DNA from: Agathobacter sp.
GTDB taxonomy: Bacteria; Bacillota_I; Bacilli_A; RF39; UBA660
DNA: 44,293 nt
NCBI GenBank assembly: GCA_963628465.1
Contig: CAVGEW010000003.1
Location: 10,634 to 54,926 of the forward strand
Direction of reading: 5' to 3'
How positions within the stretch are numbered: position 1 is the stretch's first letter; each line of letters starts with the position of its first letter. Shown here in pieces: positions 9,040 to 16,858 of the stretch. The notes beneath the pieces were generated by a model. The model had not been told where the DNA came from and searched no databases. It was given only the letters and a program-made list of their open reading frames with translations. Position numbers and translations under genes: made by a program.

Positions 9040-9456
9040 ATGGATGATGTAAAAGCATTAAATGAATTGTATAAAATTGTAGCAATGGGTATCATAGGCA
9101 TTGATGAGGTAAAGGGACATATTAGTGATAAAACTTTAGCTAAAACTATGTCGGACGCTAAGAAAAAGTACTTGGTAAATAAGATGGATATCGTAGGCAT
9201 GCTTGAAGATAAAGGTGAAGAACCTGCTTCTGTAAGTGTGGTAGCTAAGACCTTTAGTGAAATTTATACAGGAATTGAACTAATAAAATCAGATGATTCG
9301 AAGATAGCTAAGATGCTTACCGAAGGTACGAATAAAGGAATTATTAAAGTAGAACAAATTTTAAATTCTAAGCTAGATAAAAAGGTAACTCGGCTAGCGG
9401 AAGAATTGCTTGAATTGCTTGAATTTCAAATAAAGTCTTGGAAAGAATATCTATAA
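9040..9456 (+). CDS. Hypothetical helical protein
   Basis: 138-aa ORF with predicted helical, charged composition. No family recognised. Confidence 0.55.
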   Translation: MDDVKALNELYKIVAMGIIGIDEVKGHISDKTLAKTMSDAKKKYLVNKMDIVGMLEDKGEEPASVSVVAKTFSEIYTGIELIKSDDSKIAKMLTEGTNKGIIKVEQILNSKLDKKVTRLAEELLELLEFQIKSWKEYL

Positions 9457-9463
9457 AGAAAAA

Positions 9464-9493
9464 ACTTTAAAACATTGCATCATGTTTTAAAGT
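9464..9493. terminator. Bidirectional terminator between convergent genes
   Basis: 12-bp perfect stem ACTTTAAAACAT / ATGTTTTAAAGT with a 6-nt loop. An A-run upstream provides the T-run for the minus-strand transcript. Confidence 0.7.
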
Positions 9494-9494
9494 C

Positions 9495-10844
9495 TTAATT
9501 TTTATTTATTTTTTTTAATTCTCTTATAAACATCGATTTTTTAAATAAAGGAACTAATATATATACTTTATTTCGTGTTCTAGTTAAAGCTACATAAAAT
9601 AATCGTCGTTCTTCAGCGTAAAGATAACTTTTATCAGATGGATGCAAGCTTTCAAGTAAACTTGAATTAACTATTTTATTGGGAAAACCATATGTATCAT
9701 CTGTCATATTTATAAGTATTACATTATCACTTTCAAGTCCCTTCGAAGAATGAACACTCATAAATTCGGTAATATTTTTATTACTGAATTTTTTTATATC
9801 AAAGTTATTTCTACCTAAGATAAGCAAAGAACCTTTCTTAGTTAATTTTTCATAGACTTTCTTAAAAGCCCTCTTAGGGTTTAGATAATAGATATATTCG
9901 ATAGGTTTATCTATATGTTTATTACTAAGAAGTTCTTTTTTAATCTGGGTATTATTTTTCATAACAAATTTAGAGCTTATATTTATTAACTCTTGACTAT
10001 TTCGATAAGTATATTTAAGTTTAAGTACACAAGAATTTGGTATTAACTTAGTAAAGTTTAAAAATATATTTATATCACAGCCTGAGAAATGATAGATAGA
10101 CTGATAGTCATCCCCAACACAAAAAAGGGTTGAATTACTTAATACTCTTATTCTATTAATTAAGTTAAATCTAATAAGTGATGTATCTTGAAATTCATCT
10201 ACGATAATATATTTATACTTCATAGGTTTATCTAATACTGATGTAGCTTTTATAATTAGATCATCAAAATCAAACATATTACTTGATAATAAATCGTTTT
10301 CATAAATACATTTAATTATATAAGCATATTTACTTAAGAGAGAATCTACTTTAAATAAAGACTTGAAGTCTTCCTTAGTTTTATTATTAGTTTTAAATAT
10401 TTTAATTAAGCTTATAATTAGTTTTTTAAGTTCTATATAATCATAACTATTTAAAAAGTCTTGATAGTTATATTTTTTAAAGTATTTAAGCAGTTCATCT
10501 ATATTTTCTTTGTTAGATAAACTTTGAAAGAACTCATCGGTGACAAGTTCAAGATAAGTACTACTTGCTAGTTTATAATCTATTTTATAAGTATCTAAAA
10601 TAGACATAGCTAGTTTATGAAAAGTCATTATATCTACATTACAATTAACTCGTTTTTTTAAATCATTTACACTTTTATTTGTAAAAGATATGACAAGTAT
10701 TTCTTCCTCCTTTAAATGCCTTTTTTCTACTAAATACTTTATTTTTTCAGTAATAGTAAAGGTTTTCCCAGCTCCAGCTCCAGCGATTAATAAAACACTC
10801 TTGTCACATTCTATAGCTTTTAATTGATACTTATCAGGTTTCAT
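9495..10844 (-). CDS. Compact UvrD/Rep/helicase IV-family (SF1) ATP-dependent DNA helicase
   Basis: Walker A AGAGAGKTFT, motif II IIVDEFQDTS, YRNSQELI, MSVHSSKGLESDNVILI and motif VI ERRLFYVALTRTRNKVYIL. At 449 aa it is short for the family. Confidence 0.8.
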   Translation of the reverse strand: MKPDKYQLKAIECDKSVLLIAGAGAGKTFTITEKIKYLVEKRHLKEEEILVISFTNKSVNDLKKRVNCNVDIMTFHKLAMSILDTYKIDYKLASSTYLELVTDEFFQSLSNKENIDELLKYFKKYNYQDFLNSYDYIELKKLIISLIKIFKTNNKTKEDFKSLFKVDSLLSKYAYIIKCIYENDLLSSNMFDFDDLIIKATSVLDKPMKYKYIIVDEFQDTSLIRFNLINRIRVLSNSTLFCVGDDYQSIYHFSGCDINIFLNFTKLIPNSCVLKLKYTYRNSQELINISSKFVMKNNTQIKKELLSNKHIDKPIEYIYYLNPKRAFKKVYEKLTKKGSLLILGRNNFDIKKFSNKNITEFMSVHSSKGLESDNVILINMTDDTYGFPNKIVNSSLLESLHPSDKSYLYAEERRLFYVALTRTRNKVYILVPLFKKSMFIRELKKINKN

Positions 10845-10926
10845 TTTATTTATCTCTTTGTAAAAATAATTTTATCATATTGCAAAATAGATGTCTATAC
10901 TTTATAATAAATATATGAGGTAAAAA

Positions 10927-12069
10927 ATGAAGTATGAAACAATTTTAGAAATAGATTTAAAAAGATTAAAAAATAATATAAATAAACTAACTAGAAGTTT
11001 TTATGAATATAAAATAGTTATAGCAGATTTAAAAGATAATGCTCATAAAATGGGTTTTGGTATAGTAAATACTTTAGTAAGAAATGGTATTAACTATGTA
11101 CTGGTAGGTTCTTTAAAAGAAGCTCTAGAGGTTAGAAAACTAAATAAAGATGTAAATATTTTAGTAAGTTATAGTGTAACATTAGATGAAGTATATGATT
11201 GTATAAATAACAATATAACTATTACTATTCATAATAAAAAGTATATAGATTTACTAAGTAAACTAGATTTAAAAGATGATTTAAACTTAGAAATACTTAT
11301 TGATCAAGGTTCTAACTTGCAAGGTATAAGTAAAAAAAGTGATCTAGAATATATAATAAATAGGATTAAAGAACATAAACATCTTAAGCTAAAGGGGCTA
11401 TATTCACAGATTACTACTTTTGGCATTACAGATGAATACTACTATGAAGAAGTAAATAACTTTCTAAAGATAGTAAAACCTTTTATAAGTGATGATTTAA
11501 TTATTCATTTAAATGAGCCTATCATGCATCATAAAAAAATAAAGTATATTAATGGAATTAGATTTGATTTATCAATTCTTGGCATCGAAGAAAAGATAAA
11601 TGATGATATATTTACCAAAGGAAAAATAAAAAAAATAGAGAAAAAGTATGGTAATTTAAAGTGCTTAAGCACTAACTTAGAATTGATATTTAATATAACA
11701 AGTGAAGTAATGGAAATAAAAAAAGTTAACAAAGGAACTCTTGTGGGAAGGTCTTATCTTGCTAAAGAGGATATGTATGTAGCTTTACTTCCTATTGGGC
11801 ATAAAGATGGAATAACTAAGAGTATAAAGTATGTGGTAGTAAATAACAAGATTTGTGAAGTTTTATCTGATGATATAGATAAACTTTATATAAAAGTTGA
11901 TGAAAAAGTATTTATTAAAGATAAGGTATATATATTAAATGAAGAATTAGATATTTACAAGCTACTAGTTAATTTACATACAAATAGGTATTACTTGATG
12001 AGTATTTTAGATAGAAATTTAACTAAAAAGTATATAAATATACCAGATAATAATGATGATTTGTTGTAA
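10927..12069 (+). CDS. alr: Alanine racemase-like PLP enzyme (divergent)
   Basis: 380 aa. N-terminal IADLKDNAHKMGFG aligns with the PLP-lysine motif AVVKANAYGHG. LVGRSY...YVALLPIGHKDG aligns with the VGYG..Y...IA.VPIGYADG region, which contains the catalytic Tyr. Confidence 0.6.
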   Translation: MKYETILEIDLKRLKNNINKLTRSFYEYKIVIADLKDNAHKMGFGIVNTLVRNGINYVLVGSLKEALEVRKLNKDVNILVSYSVTLDEVYDCINNNITITIHNKKYIDLLSKLDLKDDLNLEILIDQGSNLQGISKKSDLEYIINRIKEHKHLKLKGLYSQITTFGITDEYYYEEVNNFLKIVKPFISDDLIIHLNEPIMHHKKIKYINGIRFDLSILGIEEKINDDIFTKGKIKKIEKKYGNLKCLSTNLELIFNITSEVMEIKKVNKGTLVGRSYLAKEDMYVALLPIGHKDGITKSIKYVVVNNKICEVLSDDIDKLYIKVDEKVFIKDKVYILNEELDIYKLLVNLHTNRYYLMSILDRNLTKKYINIPDNNDDLL

Positions 12070-12109
12070 AGAAATGTTTGATTGAAGAAAGAAAAAACTG
12101 AGTATTAAT

Positions 12110-12183
12110 CTAATATGGAAAAGATATTAAATTGATAGTGGATTAAAATTTTGAAAGGTTAGCTAAGTATTTTTTAGAAGAAT
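12110..12183 (+). pseudogene. Decayed 3'-terminal remnant of a fic-like gene
   Basis: 12152-12181 is identical to the last 30 nt of fic coding sequence before the final codons (14787-14816). Roughly 40 nt upstream still aligns with fic at reduced identity with indels (ATGgAAAAGaTATTaAATtGATAGTG vs ATGaAAAAGgtTATTtAATcGATAcGTG). No open frame remains. Confidence 0.45.
12152..12181 (+). repeat. 30-nt direct repeat, copy 1 (TGAAAGGTTAGCTAAGTATTTTTTAGAAGA)
   Basis: Exact match to 14787-14816. Confidence 0.9.
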
Positions 12184-12244
12184 TTTTTAATACTGTTCCA
12201 TTTAACTTTTCAATTAACACAAAGTCTTTTTATTGAAAAATAAC

Positions 12245-12273
12245 TTGACATTTTAAAAAATAAGGAATAAAAT
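12245..12273 (+). promoter_or_regulatory. Sigma-A-like promoter of the rSAM-peptide operon
   Basis: TTGACA (12245-12250), a 17-nt spacer, then TAAAAT (12268-12273). Confidence 0.5.
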
Positions 12274-12286
12274 ATAATCAAAATTT

Positions 12287-13855
12287 ATGAGCGAGGTTGT
12301 AATGACATTAGTATTTCCAAATTTAGAATTAAAAGAACAATATTATGATTTAGTAAAAAGTGCTTTAAAAAATGGTGATATATCTGAAATGGGTAATGCA
12401 TATCGTGAAAATGAAAAATATGAAGATATGTTAATTAGGTTAGAAAATCGCAGTAAAGGCATCAATATTTCAAGTAGGGATGTTCCTGCAACTGTACATT
12501 TTATATTAAATGAAAAAGGAAAAGTTGTAGGAACAATTGATATAAGGCATACTTTAAATGACAATTATTTCTCTAGACTAGGCCATATTGCATATTATAT
12601 AAAGTTTGAAGAAAGAAATAAAGGTTATGCAACCAAAGCTTTAAAATTAGCTCTTGAAAAGTTAAAGAATGAATATAAAGTAAATAAAGTTTTAATTACT
12701 TGTTTAAAAGATAACATTGCATCAAGAAAAGTAATTGAAGCAAATGGTGGAATTTTTGAAAAAGAATTTTATGATGAGATAACAAATAATTACATTCAGA
12801 GATTCTGGATAACCATAAACTATAATGAAATGGTTATCCCCAAAACGGTTTGGTTAACAACAAACATGAATTGTAATAATAATTGTAAATGGTGTTATGC
12901 CAAAAAATACATTAATTTTAAAAACAATATGTCATTTTCTAAAATATCAGATTACGTTTTGCAACTTAAAAAAATTGGAGTTAAAAAAATAATTTTAATT
13001 GGCGGTGAGCCAAGTATACATCCAGATATTTTGAAAATTATAAAATTTATTTCTGAAAATGAAATAGAAGTATCGATGGCAACAAACGGTAGAAAATTCA
13101 GCGATATTGAATTTGCAAAACAAGCCCAAAAAAACGGTTTAAAGAATGTTAATGTATCTATAAAAGGCACAAATGAACAAGAATATCTAAAAAATACTAA
13201 TAATAAAGGATTTGAAGAAGCATTACAAGGATATAAAAATCTTCAAAAATGTAATGTTAAAACGACACTATCTTATGTTTTATGTGATAGAAACTATGAT
13301 ACATTTGATAATTTTTGGGATTTAGTAAAAAAAGAAAATCTTAATAATATATTATTTCAACTTTATAAACCATCAGCAGATGACAAAAGTCTACCAATTT
13401 CGATTTTTGAGTTAGCTGATTTATGTAAATATGTTTACGATAAAATTTATAAAGAAGACAAAAATTTTGTTTTTGAAATGTCTATACCATTATGTGTATT
13501 GGACGAGAATATGCTAAATCATATGATGCTGAAAAATCGAATAATAACATGTTGTCATATATCTAAGGGAACAGGATTGATTTTTGATTCAAATTTTAAT
13601 AATATACCTTGCAACCATTTTATGGGACACCCATTAAATAAGTCTCAAATAAATCCGAACGATATTGTAGAATACTGGAATTCTTCAGAACCAAAAGAAT
13701 TTAGAAAAATTATTGGTAGATACCCATCAGAAATATGCTCAAGATGTAAAAAATGGTATCAATGTGGTGGCGGTTGCTCTATTAGATGGTTATCTACAGA
13801 TCCAGCCAAAATTATAAATGATAAATATGTTTATGATAAGGAGGTGACAAAATGA
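12287..13855 (+). CDS. Fusion protein: N-terminal GNAT acetyltransferase domain plus radical SAM/SPASM peptide-maturase-like domain
   Basis: GNAT part (aa 1-~180): IRHTLND and the AcCoA motif RNKGYA (R/Q-x-x-G-x-G/A); it is a paralogue of the ORF at 30342..30887. rSAM part: CNNNCKWC (C196/C200/C203), GGEP (aa 239-242), and SPASM cysteines CC(422-423)...C442 plus CSRCKKWYQCGGGC (CX2CX5CX3C, aa 484-497). The start may be the ATG at 12302, 5 nt after GAGG. Confidence 0.85.
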   Translation: MSEVVMTLVFPNLELKEQYYDLVKSALKNGDISEMGNAYRENEKYEDMLIRLENRSKGINISSRDVPATVHFILNEKGKVVGTIDIRHTLNDNYFSRLGHIAYYIKFEERNKGYATKALKLALEKLKNEYKVNKVLITCLKDNIASRKVIEANGGIFEKEFYDEITNNYIQRFWITINYNEMVIPKTVWLTTNMNCNNNCKWCYAKKYINFKNNMSFSKISDYVLQLKKIGVKKIILIGGEPSIHPDILKIIKFISENEIEVSMATNGRKFSDIEFAKQAQKNGLKNVNVSIKGTNEQEYLKNTNNKGFEEALQGYKNLQKCNVKTTLSYVLCDRNYDTFDNFWDLVKKENLNNILFQLYKPSADDKSLPISIFELADLCKYVYDKIYKEDKNFVFEMSIPLCVLDENMLNHMMLKNRIITCCHISKGTGLIFDSNFNNIPCNHFMGHPLNKSQINPNDIVEYWNSSEPKEFRKIIGRYPSEICSRCKKWYQCGGGCSIRWLSTDPAKIINDKYVYDKEVTK

Positions 13856-13998
13856 ACGCTTTAGAATTACTAAAACAAAATATTAATAATTCAGGAATAG
13901 ATGCAGTAGAAACTATTGGTATATCAACACCAAAAGCTAATAATTTAGATTGTGATTGCGTTAATGGTGATTGTTCTACTGGCGGTTATGAATATTAG
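13852..13998 (+). CDS. 48-aa Cys-rich peptide, candidate RiPP precursor (absent from the ORF track)
   Basis: The ATG overlaps the rSAM TGA stop (ATGA at 13852-13855). AAGGAGGTGA lies at 13838-13847. Translation: MNALELLKQNINNSGIDAVETIGISTPKANNLDCDCVNGDCSTGGYEY, ending at a TAG stop at 13996-13998. A hairpin and T-run lie downstream. Confidence 0.7.
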   Translation: MNALELLKQNINNSGIDAVETIGISTPKANNLDCDCVNGDCSTGGYEY

Positions 13999-14008
13999 TT
14001 TTATCAGT

Positions 14009-14032
14009 AAAAAGGATATAAAGTCCTTTTTT
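14009..14032 (+). terminator. Weak AT-rich intrinsic terminator after the peptide gene
   Basis: Stem AAAAAGGA (14009-14016) / TCCTTTTT (14024-14031) with a 7-nt loop; the T-run continues. Confidence 0.4.
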
Positions 14033-14085
14033 ATTGTCCTCTTTTATATATTTTGATAAAATAATTTTAAGAATGTGGTGGTTTT

Positions 14086-14820
14086 ATGTATGTACAAAAA
14101 ATAAAAAAATCTTTATTAATGCAAAATAAATTAAATTTAAAAGGCAACTTATATCATAAAACTCAAATTGATTTTGCTTATAACAATAACCGTTTAGAAG
14201 GGTCAACCATAACTAGTGATGAAACAGAAAGCATCTATGATACTGGAACAATTTTAACAAATAAAGATAAAGTAATAAATTTAAAAGATGCAACTGAAAC
14301 AAAAAATCATTTTACATTATTTAAATTTATGCTTGATACTTTAGATGAACCATTAACGGAAGATTTAATTAAAAAATATCATTTTATTTTAAAAAGTGGA
14401 ACCCTTAAAGATGATGAAGTTGGAATAATAAATATCGGTGAATATAAAAGCCTTAAAAATTTTGTTGGAAACATAACTACATCATTACCTAAGAATGTCC
14501 CAGCTGATATGAAAAAATTACTAGATTGGTACAATAAAATAGATAATAAAACTGTTAAAGATATTATAGAATTTCATGTAAGGTTTGAAAAAATTCATCC
14601 TTTTCAAGATGGCAATGGTAGAGTAGGCAGAATGATTATTTTTAGGGAATGTTTAGTAAATAATATAATGCCATTTTATATTGAAGAAAGAAATAAACCT
14701 TTTTATATCAGAGGAATAAAAGAGTATCAAACAAATAATGAAAAAGGTTATTTAATCGATACGTGCTTAAATAGTCAAGATAATTATGAAAGGTTAGCTA
14801 AGTATTTTTTAGAAGATTAA
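14086..14820 (+). CDS. fic: Fic family protein (AMPylation-type Fic motif)
   Basis: HPFQDGNGRVGR (aa 171-182, nt 14596-14631) matches HxFx(D/E)GNGRxxR. The N-terminal NNRLEG (aa 34-39) resembles the inhibitory (S/T)xxxE(G/N) helix and retains the Glu. Confidence 0.85.
   Translation: MYVQKIKKSLLMQNKLNLKGNLYHKTQIDFAYNNNRLEGSTITSDETESIYDTGTILTNKDKVINLKDATETKNHFTLFKFMLDTLDEPLTEDLIKKYHFILKSGTLKDDEVGIINIGEYKSLKNFVGNITTSLPKNVPADMKKLLDWYNKIDNKTVKDIIEFHVRFEKIHPFQDGNGRVGRMIIFRECLVNNIMPFYIEERNKPFYIRGIKEYQTNNEKGYLIDTCLNSQDNYERLAKYFLED
14787..14816 (+). repeat. 30-nt direct repeat, copy 2 (inside the fic 3' end)
   Basis: Exact match to 12152-12181. Confidence 0.9.
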
Positions 14821-14826
14821 TTTAAT

Positions 14827-14858
14827 GTTTAGATAATGAAAAAATCTAAACTTTTTTT
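14827..14858 (+). terminator. Intrinsic terminator after fic
   Basis: GTTTAGAT (14827-14834) / ATCTAAAC (14844-14851) followed by TTTTTTT. Confidence 0.7.
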
Positions 14859-14888
14859 CTTAAAATTAGGTTAAAATCGAGATTAAAG

Positions 14889-14918
14889 TTGATTTTTTTG
14901 TTGATTCCCTGTTATAAT
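14889..14918 (+). promoter_or_regulatory. Sigma-A-like promoter of parEC
   Basis: TTGATT (14889-14894), an 18-nt spacer, then TATAAT (14913-14918). Confidence 0.45.
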
Positions 14919-14928
14919 GGTCTAGGAA

Positions 14929-16848
14929 GTGATAAGGAATATGGCAAATTATGATGAGTCATCGATTAAAATTCTTGAAGGTCTAGAAGCAGTTCGAAAA
15001 AGACCAGGGATGTATATTGGATCAACTGATAAAAGAGGTATGCATCATTTAGTTTGGGAAATTGTGGATAATGCCATAGACGAAGTAATAAATGGATATG
15101 GCAATTATATTAAAGTAATTATAAATAAAGATAAAAGTATAACAGTAGCGGATAATGGTCGGGGAGTTCCAATTGGAATGCATGCATCTGGAAAAAGTAC
15201 ACCGGAAGTTATATACACAATACTTCATGCGGGTGGAAAGTTTAGTGAGGCAGGTTACAAAGTTTCCGGAGGTCTTCATGGTGTTGGGGCTAGCGTAGTT
15301 AATGCATTATCAAAAGAAATGCAAGTAGTTATTTATCGTGATGGTCTTATTTCATCAATTGAATTTGAAAATGGAGGGCATGTTAAAACGCCACTTCATA
15401 CCGTTGGTAAAAGTACAAAAACAGGAACAATAGTTAAGTTTTTGCCAGATGATACAATATTTAAAAATTGTAATTTTTCCTATACCACAATTTGTGAAAG
15501 AATGCAAGAATCTGCTTTTTTACTAAGTGGGCTTACTATTGAGGTCATTGATGAAGAAGATGGACATCAAGCTAAATTCCATTATGAAAATGGTTTAACA
15601 AGTTTTATAGATTACATGAACGAAGGCAAAAATACTTTACATAAAGTAATTAGTTTTGGTAATACGAAAAATAAAATTGAAGTTGATATTGCGATGCAAT
15701 ACACTGATACTTATAATGAAAATATATTATCTTTTGTAAATAATGTTAAAACTGTAGATGGTGGAACTCATGAAGTTGGTTTTAAAACGGGAATTACTAA
15801 AGCTTTTAATGATTACGCTAAAAGCAACAACATTTTTAAGGCCAAAGATGGTTCTTTAGATGGTTCTGATGTTCGGGAAGGTTTATCAGCAATTATTAGT
15901 TTAAAAATTCCGGAAGAACTCTTGCAGTTTGAAGGGCAAACTAAGGGTAAACTTGGTACGCCTGAGGCTCGTAGTGTTACTGAAAGTATAACTTATGAAT
16001 CATTAAAGTTTTTTCTTGAAGAAAATAAAGAAGTAGCATCAACTATCTTAGAAAAAGCTATGAAAAGTAAAGTTGCTAGAGAAGCTGCGAGAAAGGCACG
16101 TGAAGATGCTAGAAATGGTAAAAATAAAGGTAAGATTGAAAAGAATTTATCCATGAAATTAGCTCCAGCCCAAAGTAAGAATCCAAAGATTAATGAGTTA
16201 TTCATTGTCGAAGGAGATTCGGCCGGTGGTTCGGCGAAAGGTGGAAGAGATCGAAAATTCCAAGCAATACTTCCTCTTCGAGGTAAAGTAATAAATAGTG
16301 AAAAAGCATCCTTAGATGATTTAATTAAAAATGAAGAAATAAACACTTTAATACACACCATTGGCGCGGGTATTGGCCAAGATTTTGAGGCTTCAGAATC
16401 TAATTATGATAAAGTTATAATTATGACCGATGCCGATGTAGATGGTGCCCATATTCAAATACTACTGCTTACATTTTTCTATCGTTATATGCGGGGCTTA
16501 ATTGAAAATGGCAAGCTTTATATTGCCATGCCACCATTATATAAATTAGATTATGGTAAGAAGAAATTCTATGCATATAGTGATGATGAATTAAATGAAA
16601 TAAAGCTAAATAATACGGGAAAATATAGTATTCAAAGATATAAAGGTCTTGGGGAAATGAACCCAGACCAACTTTGGGAAACAACAATGGATCCGGAAAC
16701 AAGAAGTTTAATTAGAGTTAAAATAAATGATGCCGCACTTGCGGAAAAGCGAGTTCAAGTTTTGATGGGGGATAAGGTAGAACCCCGTAAGGAATGGATA
16801 AATGAAAATGTTGAATTCACCCTTGAAGATAATTACAGGGGAGTATAG
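14929..16848 (+). CDS. parE: DNA topoisomerase IV subunit B
   Basis: Type IIA topoisomerase ATPase and TOPRIM motifs are present: ILEGLEAVRKRPGMYIG, HHLVWEIVDNAIDE, GGLHGVGASVVNALS, EGDSAGGSAK, PLRGK(V)IN and IMTDADVDGAHI. It is called ParE rather than GyrB because the partner is ParC-like. The start may be the ATG at 14941. Confidence 0.8.
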   Translation: MIRNMANYDESSIKILEGLEAVRKRPGMYIGSTDKRGMHHLVWEIVDNAIDEVINGYGNYIKVIINKDKSITVADNGRGVPIGMHASGKSTPEVIYTILHAGGKFSEAGYKVSGGLHGVGASVVNALSKEMQVVIYRDGLISSIEFENGGHVKTPLHTVGKSTKTGTIVKFLPDDTIFKNCNFSYTTICERMQESAFLLSGLTIEVIDEEDGHQAKFHYENGLTSFIDYMNEGKNTLHKVISFGNTKNKIEVDIAMQYTDTYNENILSFVNNVKTVDGGTHEVGFKTGITKAFNDYAKSNNIFKAKDGSLDGSDVREGLSAIISLKIPEELLQFEGQTKGKLGTPEARSVTESITYESLKFFLEENKEVASTILEKAMKSKVAREAARKAREDARNGKNKGKIEKNLSMKLAPAQSKNPKINELFIVEGDSAGGSAKGGRDRKFQAILPLRGKVINSEKASLDDLIKNEEINTLIHTIGAGIGQDFEASESNYDKVIIMTDADVDGAHIQILLLTFFYRYMRGLIENGKLYIAMPPLYKLDYGKKKFYAYSDDELNEIKLNNTGKYSIQRYKGLGEMNPDQLWETTMDPETRSLIRVKINDAALAEKRVQVLMGDKVEPRKEWINENVEFTLEDNYRGV

Positions 16849-16858
16849 GGAGGTTTAA

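Noticed and set aside
12287-13855. Elp3-like tRNA-modifying enzyme (the known rSAM + GNAT combination)
   Set aside because: Elp3 has the rSAM domain N-terminal and the GNAT C-terminal, and it lacks a SPASM domain. Here the order is reversed, a CX2CX5CX3C SPASM motif is present, and a Cys-rich peptide gene is translationally coupled.
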